Assembly: GCA_964016885.1 (NCBI GenBank)
Contig: OZ024743.1
Coordinates: 362,328,001-362,392,000, forward strand
Source of the DNA: Eledone cirrhosa
Taxonomy: Eukaryota
DNA length: 64,000 nucleotides
Direction: 5' to 3'
The notes beneath the pieces were generated by a model. It saw only the letters and a program-made list of their open reading frames with translations, had not been told where the DNA came from and ran no database searches. Positions 38,810 through 52,275 of this stretch are shown here, piece after piece. The translations under genes and the position numbers were made by a program. Each line of letters starts with the position of its first letter. Positions within the stretch are counted from its first letter, which is position 1.

Positions 38810-41800
38810 AACAATAAAAATGAAAATTGAAACAATGAAACAATGAAAATTTCACCAATAGAGGGGGGGGGGCGAGGGTTACTCGTGGCGAAAACCACAC
38901 AAAAGACCACGGCCACCCTGACCACCAGGGCTAGCGCCCTCTCTCAAGTTTTCCATTTCTCAAACTACAGGCGTATATTCAGAGCGGTCTCGTTCACTCG
39001 TACCATTCTCGCTACATTCACCCACCTTTCAACAAACTTGCTAGAAGGCAGCACGTGCCTCTCCACCCTGATTTTCCTCTTCAAGTGAAACTTGAAAAGG
39101 TAATTAGGGATTCACCGAAGAGGAAAGTGCCTGTCTATAACCCTTTCAACCTTGTCCACCACACAATCTCTTTCGCCATGGACACCAGGCAGATGAAAAC
39201 CGCCTGCCCTTCTTCCTCGAAGGAAGTGGGCGAGACCATCTGCACAATGGACTCAGTCGATAACCCGATCAGTCCTACACGCGACAGCAACTGTTCGACA
39301 TAGCTCCACAAGTCAGCAATGCTGGGGCACTGAACGAGTGCGTGCACGACGGTTTCGTCGCTCTGCGCGCATCTCGGACAGGCTCGGCTGACGGCACTTC
39401 CGTGCCTGTAGAGCTTATCTCGAACCGGCAATGCTCCCCGGTAGCACTGCCAGGCCAGGGATCTTTGGAAGTTATCCATAGGCCCTGGGCTGAAAGTTCT
39501 CCGGAAGAGAGCAAACAGCTGATCGTCTTCGACGCCCAGGATCTCTCCGAGAACGTCGTCGCTCTTCCCCTCCACTAATCCTCTATAGAACGCCGAGGTG
39601 GATGTTCCACCGATACTGGTGCCCAGCTGGCAGAGGGCAGTGAGCGCCTGGAGACATTCCAGTTTCCAAGCGCTATCCCTCGGTCTTTTCCTGACCCAGG
39701 ACTGCAGCTCCGTCAAGGAGACGAGCTGTAAGAAAACGTGCCTGGCGAACGGCGACCACACCTGTTCACCATCAAGGAAGCACCAGAGATGTCGCAGCCT
39801 CAGCGCATGTTTGCGCATCATCAGCCATGGCAGTCCTCCACGCAACGAGTGTTGACAGCAGATGGATCTTCTGACCATGGGAGCGCGTCCCTTCCACAAA
39901 AAGCGGAAGAGGAGGCGCTCCATTTTGGTGAGAGTTGGGCCCTGTCAAGGGACGACGGTGAGGCGGTAGCAGATGACGGATGCGATGTACGCATTCGCCA
40001 CCTCCGCCCGGCCTTTCAGGGACAGCTTCCTCTCGGCCCATTTCTGGGTGAGGGAGGCCACCTTGCTCATCACATCGGTCCAGTTTTTCTCCATCTGGGG
40101 GTCCGGTCCGAACCAACCCCGAGCAACTTAACCGGCCCGCCCGTCCAACGCCCGACGACACTGTCGGACGGCATGGACTTGCCTCTCCAGGTGACGAGCT
40201 GCAAGCCCACCGACTTTTCCTGGTTTATCTTTGCTCCTGTCACCACTTCGTATTCCTTGAGAGCGGTGCCGAGCATCTGGACGTGTCTAACGCTCGACAC
40301 CACCACGGTGATATCGTCGGCGTAAGCCGACTCGGATTTCCCGCAACATAGTTCGCGTGAGACGCCCCTCATCGCCCCCAGTTTGTGCAGTAACGGTCCG
40401 AGAGCCAATACGTATAAGAGGGACGAGCGCATGATGCTGAACGGCTGTGACAGATGACCGTTCACCCTCACAACTGAGCAGATGCCGCTGTACATCGCAG
40501 TGATCCAACCCCCAAAACGGGCCCCGAAACCGGCTGCCTCGAGGACCGCCGCCAGGTACCGATAGTCGACACTATCTAATGCTTTGGATTGATCCAAGTT
40601 GATCAGATCCCCACCCGTACCAGGTTCCTTAACCACCTTCTCTACGATGTATCGCATGAGGTGAAAGGTTGTCGTGTATGGTTCTGTCTGAAATGGCGCA
40701 TATCTGCGCCTCTCCCACCAGACCCTTGACGACAAGCGCCAACCTCGTTGCTAACACCTTGGGCAAAATCTTGAACTCTGCGTTTAGCAGGGTTATGGGC
40801 CTGAAGTTATCGATAACATCCCCCTTCTTCGAGTCTTTTCTCAGCAGCGCCACCGCTCCCCGGCTCACAAAACTGGGAATGCTCCCGTTCTGCTGCCAGT
40901 TGCAGTAAACGTCTGCCAAGAGGTCACCAAACAAGTCTGGCATAAATGCATAAAATTCGTAGGGCAGACCATCCAAACCTGGCGATCTACCCCTCGTGCA
41001 GTTAGTCATCGTTTCCTGTATTTCACCGGCTGTTATTGGCTTTTCGCAACACTGTGCAGCTGTCGTCGTGAGCCGAGGCAGTCCGTCGAGGTATGCACTG
41101 AAGTCCATGCCCCGATCCGGGCCGCCGCTGCTCCCGAACAGGTCAGCAAAGTGCTGCTGAAAAGCTTCACACATCTGCTCGGGTTCGAGCAACACGCGCC
41201 CGTTTTGGTCAGATAAAGACAGAATTGTGGCTTTGTTGCCACGTCGCACCTCTGTCACCCATTGGACGGCTTTTGTCCCATCTTGTTTCAGAGCACGCGC
41301 TCTAGCTCTGACAACGCAGCCTTCGTGTTTTGCGTTGAACAATTGGTCGAGTGCCAATCTCGCCGCAAGCACGTCGGTTGCGATATCTGTCCTAAACACC
41401 TCTTCTAGCTTTCTGACTAGCTCTCCCTCTACTCTATTTTCCTCTATCACTAGTCCTTTGCTAAACCTAATCGCCTCTACTTTAATTGCCCTTTTTAGGG
41501 CAAACCACCACCTGTTGTTGACGACCGCTCCCGTCAACGCCTGCTTAATTAATACGCTAATCCGGTCTCTGTAGGCTTTGCGCGCCGGGAAAGGCGCGTT
41601 CGGTTTCTAGTAACCAGGTCCTTGTCTATGAATTCTCTTCTATGTCGATCTCACAGATCACAAATCTGTGGTCTGTGTAGTCGACTATTTTAAATTGTGG
41701 ACAACCTATACTAGCCTTATCTAGTTCCCTGCAGAATACCCTATCTAGATACGATCTGGATGACCCGATGCGGTTTGTCCATGTCCACATTGGCACATTC

Positions 41801-41997
41801 GAGTGATCCAGTCGATACCTGTCAGACAGTTCAAAACGTCTGAGCAGGTTCGTGAGGCTCTTGCACCATCCTCGCCTATCCACTAGCCCCACACAATCCC
41901 AGCGTGCATCCAAGATACTGTTCCAGTCGCCCACTAACACTAAAAAGTGGAACGTTCCCAGAAAGGTCTCTAGACGTCTGAAGAAATCTGGCCGTCC
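38810..41997 (-). mobile_element. Tx1/L1-like LINE ORF2 remnant (APE, RT, C-terminal zinc knuckle)
   Basis: GDWN, SYLDRVF, TDH; SPGLDGLP, FRPITLLNAEFKIL, AYADDIT; CPRC...ETVVHALVQC; multiple frameshifts. Confidence 0.9.
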
Positions 41998-42309
41998 TGA
42001 TAAGCAACAAGTCGAAAAATTACAGGACAGAACACGGACAAAAACAAACGCAACAGCAAAAGAAAAACAAATTTAAAAAGTTTTGAACCCCACACTCCCT
42101 AGTTGCTATGACTAAGAGCTTAGCGTAGCTAAAATCAAAAACAACAGCAGCAGCAACTACAACACTAGTAACCAATGTTACTGGCTTTGAAAAACAAAAA
42201 ACAAAAAAAAACAAAAAAACTAAGTCAGACATTCAAACATTAGAATGAAACTTATGTTTATTTTTTTATGTTTTTATTTATTTATTTGTTTATTTATTTA
42301 TGTTTGTCT

Positions 42310-45300
42310 ACAGCGTGATGGTGCCCCGCTAAAATCACCGGTGGTTATGTAACCATACATTCACTAATCCTCGATATGAGTGTTTAAATGTCGAACCTAA
42401 ACAGTTCGAATAACGGTGAAAAGGAGACTGGAATGTCATGTGAAAGACTCTCACCCAGAAAGTGCTCCCTGGCTCAGCAGCAGGGACCTGGCTGTCATCC
42501 AAATACTGCTGGTGTTGGAGGAAGAAGAAGGAAATGGACAAGAACCAACTGGACGAAAGAATTTAATAGAACTGTCATGAAATGTTACCTGAAGAGTAAC
42601 CCCATGGAAAAAGGCTATAGGAAACGGATGCATAACATCTGGAACGAGATTGGTCTATTTAAATTAGATGAACAAAATTGGCCGGGCAGGCTCGGGTAAT
42701 AAGAACTAATGGATGGATAAGCGAGTTGGAACTGGAGGAACTGAGCAGAGAGATTAAGTTGGAAATGGAGAGAGGAGTATATCAGGCAAACGAGCCAGTG
42801 GGAAATGAAGGTGAAGAGGTTGAGAGACCTGGGGAAGCATCTGAAGCAGACAATGATCTGAATGCTGAAATAAATAATACCTGGAACAAAGATACGGCCA
42901 TTGAGGAAATTAATGCTAGGACTAGGACAAGATTTGGTTGATATCCTAAACTTAGAGGTAGATGAAATGAACAGTGATAGTGGGAAACCTATGAACCTAA
43001 GATTTGTAGACAGGAAAAAGTTAAAAGAAACAACAGCTAAGGTAAACAAAGTCATCCCATACCTTGAGGCGAGGAGCCTTCACCAATGCAACAATATCCT
43101 CAAAGCAACAGCAAATGCGGTGAGGAAATTACTTGGCATAAAAACGAGAGGAAACAACAAACAAGAAAGATCAGAACCTTGGTGGAAGAAATAACTGAAT
43201 GGTCAAATCAAGGAAATGAGAAAAGACATTGGAAAGCTTGAGTCCTTACTGAATGGGACATTACAAAACATAGACACTAAAGATAGATTGGAAATAAAGT
43301 ACAAAACTAGGGGGAAAAGCTGAATATTATCAGAGAGGAACTGAAGCAACGCATTGTAGCAAAAAGTGCAAAGATTATGCGGTATGAGAGCAGAGTCAGT
43401 CAGTATAGACAGAACCGCATGTTTGACAACAACCAGAAGATGTTGTTTGGACAGCTTGAAGGGAAAGAAAGAGACAACGACTTGATCCTGGAGGCGGAAC
43501 ATACTAAGACATTCTGGAGAGGAATATGGGAGCAGGATGTTGAACATAATAGTCAGGCAGTGTGGATTGAGACAGTTCAAAAGGAGATTAGTGAACAAGC
43601 ACATCAACAACCTGATTTGAGTATCACAAGTGAAATTCTTAAAGGGCTGGCCAAAAATCTAACCAGCTGGAAATCACCAGGCCCAGATGGTGTGCAAGGC
43701 TATTGGATAAAAAATATAACATCCGTCCACCCGAAACTGACAGCCATGTTCAATGACTGCTTGATGTCAGGTGAGGTACCAGAGTGGTTGACAAAAGGTA
43801 CCACAATTCTGGTAATGAAAGACCGAATCAAGGGTAATGATGTTACTAACTATAGGCCTATCACATGTCTCTCCGTAATGAGGAAATCTGCTATCACATC
43901 TACTTAAACAACTTGTTACTGGACGAACAGAAAGGATGCCGGAAGAAGTCCCGTGGTACAAAAGACCAGTTACTTATTGATAAGATGGTAATTAGGAATG
44001 CAAGACGAGAGACACACTGGTCTTGCCATGGGATGGATAGATTACAAAAAGGCATTCGACATGGTACCTCATTCTTGGATAACCAAAGGCCTAGAGATCT
44101 TCAATGCGGCAGACAACATCAGACAGCTATTAAGTAAAAGTATGAAGTTCTGGGAAACAGCTAACATCAGGTGGAGAATCCTTGGGAGGCGTGAAGATCA
44201 AGAGAGATATTTTCCAGGGAGATAGTTTGTCCCCTTTGTTGTTTGTCCTTACCCTGATACCCCTGTCCGTCATATTGCGAAAATTGAGAGCAGGATACAA
44301 GCTGGGAAGAGGAGAGCTTACCATCAACCACCTCCTCTTCATGGACGATCTTAAACTCTTTGGGAAGAGCGAGAAGGAGCTGGATGTACTTGTTGACACT
44401 GTCCGTATTTTCAGCAATGATATATGTATGGAATTTGGTGTTAATACGTGTGGAGTCCTAGTGATGAAGAGGGGTAAATTGAGCAGAAGCATCGGAATCC
44501 AGGTACCAACAGGTAAGATGATAAAGGAAATTGACACTGAAGAAGGATGCAAATATTTAGGTATTCTGGAGGCAGATGACAATACACAAGAATAGTAAGG
44601 ACCATACTAAAATCACATTTAAATAGTAGGAATGTCATAAGTGCAGTAAATTCCTGAGATGTGTCTATTATTATGTACAGTGCGGAAATTCTGAAATGGA
44701 ATGTTGCTGAAGAAAAAGAAATGGATAGGAAGATTAGGAAGCTAATGACTATCTACAACATGTTCCACGTGACTCTACTTAAAGTGGTCTGAATGTGGAA
44801 AAGGTCTTATCAGCATAGAGGACTGTGTTCAGATGGAGAAAAACAGTCTGCATAAATATGTGGCTGACAGTAGGTAGCCAATGCTCAAAATTGTACTGAA
44901 GGAGAAGACAATAGTTCAGGGGATGTCCAAGGAAGAAATAATAACAAGGAGGAAGAGCAACCTTCATGAAAAATCCCTTTATAGCACCTTCTTTAAGAAA
45001 ACGGAATTCAGAGATCCACAGACATGGAACTGGTTAAAAAGAGGAGACCTTTAAAAAGCTGCAGAAGGAATGCTAATGGTTGCGCAAGAGCATGCCCTCA
45101 GAACGAAGTGGGTGAAATATCATATTTACAAGGAGGAGGCTAACTCACTGTGTAGGATCTGTGGAGAGAGAGAGGAGACTGTGGCTCACATTGTATCCGA
45201 GTGCAAACACCTAGCCCAGACTCACTATAATGGCTGGAGATATGATGTGATAGGCAGGGTGATCCACTGGCATCTATGCAAACTAAACAATTTACCACAT

Positions 45301-45728
45301 TCTGAGAAGTGGTATGAACATAAGCTAAAGTCGATGATAGAAAACGATCAGGTGAAGGTGCTATGGGATTTTAGGATACAGAAGGACAAGAAACTGGAAG
45401 ACAATAGACCTGACCTGGTGGTTTTGGACAAGGAAAAAAGATCGTGCCTGGTTGTAGATGTAGCCTATCCATTTGACACGAGAGTCATAGGCAACCTAGT
45501 GTGCCGATTGTCATAGGCACACTAGGTACTATCTCAAAGAGTTTCCAAGGATGGTTAAAGAAGATTAGTCTAGCCCCGTTTGTTGAAACACTTCAAAAGG
45601 CATGCTTGCTGGGAACAGCAAGAACCCTCCGATACGTCCTGAATGTCTGGGGTTGCAGGTAGTGGCTTGATATTCATTTCAACAAACTTTCCAGTTAAAT
45701 AACATCAATGACTGAGACTCAAAGGACA
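42310..45728 (+). mobile_element. Near full-length degenerate R4/Dong-like element, family C
   Basis: N-terminal GYRKRMHNIW...ISELELEE; KSPGPDGV, NYRPITCL, WIDYKKAFD, IFQGDSLSP, FMDD; CRIC...HIVSEC; NRPDLVVLD; 3' end followed by (TAA)-like repeats. Confidence 0.9.
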
Positions 45729-45744
45729 ATAATAATAGTAATAA

Positions 45745-45915
45745 GTGTTTCTACTTTTGGCACAAGGCCAGCAATTATTCCAGTGTATTACTGGTACTTT
45801 ATTTTATCGACCTCGTAAGGATGAAAGGCAAAGTTAACCTCGGCGGGATTTGAAATAATACCAGAAAGTGCCGTAATTCATTGCTGCAAAGCATGGTGTC
45901 CGAGCCTCTACCATA
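45745..45915 (-). mobile_element. SINE family 1
   Basis: Reverse complement of the family consensus. Confidence 0.7.
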
Positions 45916-46130
45916 ATACAAGCCACATGAATACCTCAATTTCACAGTTAAGGGACTAACATTTATTACATAACTGCCGCGTGTTTCGCCAATGAACATG
46001 TGAGCAATATCTAGAATCGCTAATCCGATGCAATCCATCGGAAAACTCGATCTCCATTATCTTTGCGGTAGCACCGTGATAAATCTGCTTCAAATTGAAC
46101 AATGTTTTCATATATATATATATATATATA

Positions 46131-46271
46131 TAACAGTTTTAATATAGATGAGATTCTACAGGACTAGAACTGTTTCATTCATTTGAAATCATCAGGATTA
46201 AAACTGTTATACTCTGCTATGTATTGAGTACCTTACTTACTGTGGTTACCTCCGATTCAACCCGGAATAAC

Positions 46272-46272
<1 letters not shown>
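46131..46272. mobile_element. PLE 3' end with the HHR on the - strand and the tail on the + strand
   Basis: - strand CTGATGA-tttcaaatgaat-GAAA-cagttctagtcctg-TA; 13-bp inverted repeat taacagttttaat/attaaaactgtta; (TA)n on both sides. Confidence 0.6.
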
Positions 46273-46328
<56 letters not shown>

Positions 46329-46453
46329 GGAGGTGAGTTTTATTGTAGTACAATAAAGCAATGCAGATATTGGATAAGAAGCACTCTACAATTTGTAGGA
46401 CTGGAGTATACATAATATATAAGAACAAAAGATGGTTAAAGGAGTTCCATGTA

Positions 46454-46520
46454 TTTTATTATGCGCATTTCAAAAACAAACATCATGATGCAATAATATT
46501 TGTGTTTTCATCAGATAAAA
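46454..46520 (-). ncRNA. Type I HHR (inverted copy)
   Basis: Near-exact reverse complement of 46622-46688. Confidence 0.8.
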
Positions 46521-46621
46521 CAGGAGGACATGATATGAAGGCTAAAAAACACTTGTGGATATGTTGATTTAGAACTGCACTATCCACAACTGTTTTTTAG
46601 CCTTCATATCATGTCCTCCTG

Positions 46622-46688
46622 TTTTATCTGATGAAAACACAAATATTATTGCATGATGATGTTTGTTTTTGAAATGCGCATAATAAAA
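46622..46688 (+). ncRNA. Type I HHR with canonical core, long stem II and palindromic stem III
   Basis: ttttat-CTGATGA-aaacacaaat...atgtttgttttt-GAAA-tgcgca-TA-ataaaa. Confidence 0.85.
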
Positions 46689-46720
46689 TACATGGAAATC
46701 CTTTAACCATCTTTTGTTCT

Positions 46721-46778
<58 letters not shown>

Positions 46779-46987
46779 AGGAGGTGAGTTTTATTGTAGT
46801 ACAATAAAGCAATGCAGATATCGGGTAAGTATCACTCTACAGTTTGTAGGACTGGAGTATAAATAATATGAGATCAAAAGATGGTTAAAAGAGTTACATG
46901 TATTTTATTATGCGCATTTCAAAAACAAATGTCATCATGCGATGACATTGCATTTCTAACTTAAATTTATGGTTTGGTACTTCTGAA

Positions 46988-48667
46988 GTGATTGGCTGGT
47001 TCAACAAATTGAATAAGAAAAACAAACAAAAATGTATTCAATTTGATATTGCCAGCTACTATTCTTCTATTTCGTCCTCACTTCTCAACAATGCGTTATC
47101 TTTCGCTTACAAATATTTAGACATCACCACAGATGAACTTCACATCATTCTCACCGCACGTAAAACCATCTTAGAGTTCAACAATGAATATTGGACTAGA
47201 GCTGATACCTCTAACAACTTTGACATTACAATGGGTACATCCGATTCATCCCAATTGACAGATTTAATTGGTATCTTTATTTTGAACTCTTTGAATCGGA
47301 ACATTCCTCAACTTCGCGGTGGAATTTATCGGGACGATGGACTTTTTACTATCTTAAATTGCAACATAGTTAACCTTAATATTATTAAGAACAATATACG
47401 TGATCTCTTTAACCAACATAACTTAAAAATTGAATTTGATAACAACATCAAACTAGCTAACTTCTTGGATATATCTCTTAATCTTGACATTGGCCTATAT
47501 TACCCTTACCATAAAAACAATGAGAATCTAAATTATGTTAATTTTAAATCTAACCACCCCACTAATATTAAAAATGCTATAGTTAGAAATATTGGAAAAA
47601 GAATATCCAACCTATCATCTAATAAAAACATCTTTGATGCTAACGCCAATTACTATAATAACGCGCTTTCTAAAGCCGGTTATGCTGATAAAATCAAATA
47701 CAGTAAAGAAACCAATCCTAGAAGATCTTACAGTAAAATAATTAATCATGATCATTCCAATAACTTTAATAAAAGACCTAGATACAAAAACATAATCTTG
47801 TATAATGCTCCTTTCTCCATCTCTATTAATAATAATATTCCTAAATTATTCTTTAGTGCCTTAAATAAATGCTTCCCTCCCTCACATATCTATAGTAAAA
47901 TATTTAACAAACACACTATAACATTTTCCTATTCGACCTCCTCCAACATCTCCAACATTATCTCTAAACACAACAATAAAATACTAAATACTAAATCTCT
48001 TCCTTCCAACACTGAATATCATAATAATAGTAATAGTACTCCCGACGTCATTGTTAACTATAGGCTAATTTCTGCAAACCCAAATACGACGTCAAACGCA
48101 ACTTCGTTAAATGTTCTTAATCCCAATCTAAATCAAGAAACTATTATTCCTATCGTAAATAACTTCTCAAATCCAATTCCTTCTATAGATAACACTAGCT
48201 CACTTGTTAATAACTCTGTTAATTTCTCTAATCGCAATTGTAATTGCCCTGTTAAAAATAAATGTCCTCTCAACAACCATTGTCTTGAAAAAAACTTAAT
48301 CTATGAATGTAAAGTTATAACTGACACCAATTCCTTTACCTATTTTGGCTCCACTTCCACCTCCTTTAAAGCTCGTCTTTATAATCATCATTCGTCTTTT
48401 AAATACCAACTTAAAAGAACCAACACGGCACTCTCAGAACTCATATGGTCCTTGAAAGACAAAAATATTAACTATAACATCTCTTGGAGGAAAGTTTGTT
48501 CTGCCTCTCCATACTTGAATGCCTCTCTATCCAAAACATGTAATCTCTGTTTATGTGAGAAATTTACTATTATATCTAATTTAGATTCTATAATAAATAG
48601 ACACACTGACTTATTTTCTCTCTGCTTGCATAAATTCCACAGAACATTCCATAAAGTATACAGCTAA
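46988..48667 (+). CDS. Uninterrupted PLE RT + GIY-YIG reading frame (N-terminally truncated)
   Basis: 559 aa: QFDIASYYSSI, GGIYRDDGL, YYPYHK, YNAPFS, CNCPVKNKC, LIY...YFG, CNLCLCEK, CLH. Confidence 0.85.
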   Translation: MIGWFNKLNKKNKQKCIQFDIASYYSSISSSLLNNALSFAYKYLDITTDELHIILTARKTILEFNNEYWTRADTSNNFDITMGTSDSSQLTDLIGIFILNSLNRNIPQLRGGIYRDDGLFTILNCNIVNLNIIKNNIRDLFNQHNLKIEFDNNIKLANFLDISLNLDIGLYYPYHKNNENLNYVNFKSNHPTNIKNAIVRNIGKRISNLSSNKNIFDANANYYNNALSKAGYADKIKYSKETNPRRSYSKIINHDHSNNFNKRPRYKNIILYNAPFSISINNNIPKLFFSALNKCFPPSHIYSKIFNKHTITFSYSTSSNISNIISKHNNKILNTKSLPSNTEYHNNSNSTPDVIVNYRLISANPNTTSNATSLNVLNPNLNQETIIPIVNNFSNPIPSIDNTSSLVNNSVNFSNRNCNCPVKNKCPLNNHCLEKNLIYECKVITDTNSFTYFGSTSTSFKARLYNHHSSFKYQLKRTNTALSELIWSLKDKNINYNISWRKVCSASPYLNASLSKTCNLCLCEKFTIISNLDSIINRHTDLFSLCLHKFHRTFHKVYS

Positions 48668-49961
48668 TATCTAATACTTTACCAATTTAAAATCCTTTTT
48701 CTCAAAGGCATATATATATATATATATATATATATTTCTTTAAAAATATACCCATCTTTCTACCTTATTTCAATGTTATTTATTATACATTATATAATAC
48801 TAGTTACTCATTCTATATCATTCCTATTTATCACTTCCCTTTCTTCCTTTTTTCCTTTTTTCTTTTAGTTTCTAACCTCTAATCTGTACCTTTTCTTCCT
48901 AGATACTTCTCAATTCTCATTATTACTACTGGGTAATTGCTGGCCTTGTGCCTAACGTAGAAACAATTATTACTCACCACAATATATCCACTCTTCCTTC
49001 TTCCATCCTATCACTGGCCATAAAACTTACTATTACCCTTTTAAATACTTTATAGTATCACCTTTAAAAATCCTTCGTAAACATAAACATTTTTTTTGAC
49101 ATTAGATTATTCATCCTCACTTCTTTATTTTTTTTCTTCCTTTCATGCTCGTCTAACTTTTACATATTACACATCACAACACATAAAAACAAACTTAAAC
49201 CCTAACTAATCTCCTTTATTTCATTATATTATTACCATTAGGAAATACTTCATAAACATACATATTTTGATGTTAAGGTCTTCTCCTTAAACACTATCTC
49301 CTTCTTTGCTTTCTGCGCTCATTTGTAAACAAACTATTTACATATATTACACATACATATTACATTACATAAAAACAAACTTAAACACTAACTAATTCCT
49401 CTAAATTCATCCACTCTTCTACTTCTTTTCACATTATATCCTTAATAACATTACTATTTTTATTTTAATAATACATATCAACAATTTCTTTCCATCGCAC
49501 AGATTAAACCCTTCAATATTCAAAGCTTAATTTAATATTATTCTTAATACATATTAACAATTTCTTTTCATCGCACATATTATTAAACCTTTCAATATAC
49601 AAACCTTAATTTAACATGATTCTTAATTTTTTCTCTTCGTTAATTTTCAAATTCTTTTAATTTATATATTATCTTGCAACGGTTTTTAAACCTCTCTCTG
49701 TAAAACAATATATTTTTCTCAGTTATAAAAGCTATCTCTCTCTCTCTCTCTCTATCACCGATCTCTCCTCCTATCTCATCCTTCCTTATTATACTCCTCC
49801 CCCTCTATTCTTTACTCTCATCTCCTCCTCTTTTTCATCCTTTCCAACCCCCTCTCATTTTTTTCCCAATATCACACATCATTCTTAAACTACTTTTCTT
49901 ATGTTGATTTAAAACTGCACTATTCACAAGTGTTTTTTAACCTTCATATCATGTCTCCCTA

Positions 49962-50032
49962 TTTTATCTGACGAAAACGCAAATGTCATCGCATGATGAT
50001 ATTTGTTTTTGAAATGAATGCGCATAATAAAA
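49962..50032 (+). ncRNA. Type I HHR in the 3' pLTR, with a 4-nt duplication in stem III
   Basis: ttttat-CTGACGA-...-GAAA-tgaatgcgca-TA-ataaaa. Confidence 0.7.
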
Positions 50033-50065
50033 TACATGGAACTCTTTTAACCATCTTTTGATCTC

Positions 50066-50125
<60 letters not shown>

Positions 50126-51139
50126 GCAAATGCTATTTTAACTTACAAAGAATCAAACGTTGGCTGACAATATACAGGAACATGATTGATTAAGAGATAG
50201 ATTGCTTGTGACAGGGAGGGGAATAAAAAGGCTAAACGTGAAAGATGAAAAGGGGCAGGATATTAAGGTGTGATAATAATATGAAAAGGAAGGGTTGAAT
50301 TAAGAGACAGAGTAGTAAAACGCATTAATTCAGCATGGTGGTGGCCACGGTGGAGTGCATACAAAAGAAAGAGATGAAATTGTGATGTATTGTAGAAAAT
50401 CATGTTTAAAGTATTACGGAATAGAAGGTAGAGCATTCTCAGAGACAAACATTTAGAAATATATAATCAATCATGGTCCCGTTTTCGAGAAGTTTTCAAT
50501 AATTTTATAAGTGAAAAAAAGGTTAACAAGAAATTTAACTATATTGAATTTAATATTTAGATTAAAGTTATTTCAAACTCTATATAAGTTTGCATAATAA
50601 AACTGATCACCCAGATCAAATTTAGTATGAAATCACAAAGTTGGTGGAAGCATTTTTGAATTGGAGATGTGAAATTTTGTCAATTTAGTTGTAGTGATTA
50701 GTTTAGCTCTTTACACTCCGAAATGGTCAGAAAATGCAATTTAAGTCCAAGCAGGTCATATTACATTTACAGCTTTCGATAATTATAAAGTGATTATAGC
50801 AAACTGAACTATGAAATCTTTCTCTGAATACACATACTAGCAACTGGCAAATAGTGATATGTGGTGAAAAAGTTATGACATGACAAAGATATTTACTATG
50901 ATATATTACATAATATATTACACTGTTATTATCAAACATCAACCAAGCTATAAAAAACTTCAATATGCGATAAACATAACATGTATATAAATTGTAGCGT
51001 GTTTACAAATAGATTTGTTTTGGTAGTTTTGGGGATAATATATATCTATTGATGAGGGGGGAGGCATTCCCCCCACCCCACCCCCACCCATGTTCCACTG
51101 CTACTGAATCAAACTGATAACTTAATTGTGTTCACATCG

Positions 51140-51435
51140 ATCTCTTTGGCACCCGTCTGTCTCGGGAGGCAATGGAGATGGCGCCATGGAGGTCAGTCTG
51201 TGGTGATACTGCAGCGGCGAGTCTTGTAATAGTTGCTGCATGTGAAGGGTGCTGACTCCGCCCTCTGACGTCCGCGTGTTCTTCTTTCTTCTCACTGATC
51301 CTCTCTCCTCTGCTGTGATGTCTTAATGGCCGACATGATGGCAAGTTACCAGCTGCTGCGGTCTGCTGCCACCGCTTCAAGGCCTGCTAGTGCAAAACCA
51401 CCCGCCTTGAGGTCCCGCTTGCAACGTCTTTATAG
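51140..51435 (-). mobile_element. RTE LINE 3' remnant
   Basis: KRDLKAGG...EAVAADRSSW...FTCSN plus an RTE-like 3' end ccattgcctcccgagacagacgggtgcc. Confidence 0.65.
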
Positions 51436-51516
51436 CTTTCACACGTCTATATATATGTGTGTGTGTGTGAGTGTGTGTTATTCTAAACGATATTATTCAT
51501 TGATTGTTAATGTATA

Positions 51517-52135
51517 CTAGACCACCCGTGACCCGTTGGGTGACGTTCACTTCAAAATATTTTTTTAAATCAAGTTCATTTAAAAACATTTTTTAAATAA
51601 TTAAAATATACACAGACATGTATATAATGTGATATGAAACTCGAAGGCCCATATATATACGTGTGTGTATGTATATATATATAAATGTGTGTGTGTGTGT
51701 GTGTGTATACATATATATATGTGTGTGTATACATATATATGTATGTGTATATGTGGGTGTCTGTGATCTATATACACCGGTCATAGACACACACACACAT
51801 ATATATATACACAGCAACACCACCAGCTCTCTCTCACTCTTCCATTCTCTTTCTCTGTCTCCTGTCCCTCTCTCTGTGTCTCAATTTCAATCTACTCTCT
51901 CACAACCACTATCTCTTTCTCTCTATCCTTCTCTCTCTCTCTCTCTCCCCATTTATGAAGATACCCGGAAAAATCCCGTATCACGGGAACCCGTGCACCG
52001 ATTTACGCAAAACTTGTTTTATTCCATTTGTATTTGCATTTCAGGGTCAACTTCCTTTCAAAGTATTTTCCCTTTTGGCTGTATTACATTACAGACATGC
52101 ATGAAAGCAATCACAGAGTTTTAGTAATATATAGA
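51517..52135 (-). mobile_element. Non-autonomous Helitron
   Basis: A|TCtatatattactaaaac start; acccaacgggtcacgggt and CTAG|T end. Confidence 0.55.
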
Positions 52136-52153
52136 TTATTGACTAATTTTCAA

Positions 52154-52275
<122 letters not shown>

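Larger units (their letters stand above)
46770..50070 (+). mobile_element. 5'-truncated Naiad-like PLE with an inverted 5' pLTR fragment, long 3' UTR and a 3' pLTR ending in (TA)n
   Basis: 46862-46955 is the reverse complement of about 49975-50070, and the inverted part extends to 46770; ORF lies between. Confidence 0.85.

Noticed and set aside
50200-50700. Possible further PLE RT remnant (HP.IKFSM-like)
   Set aside because: Too degenerate to support a call by eye
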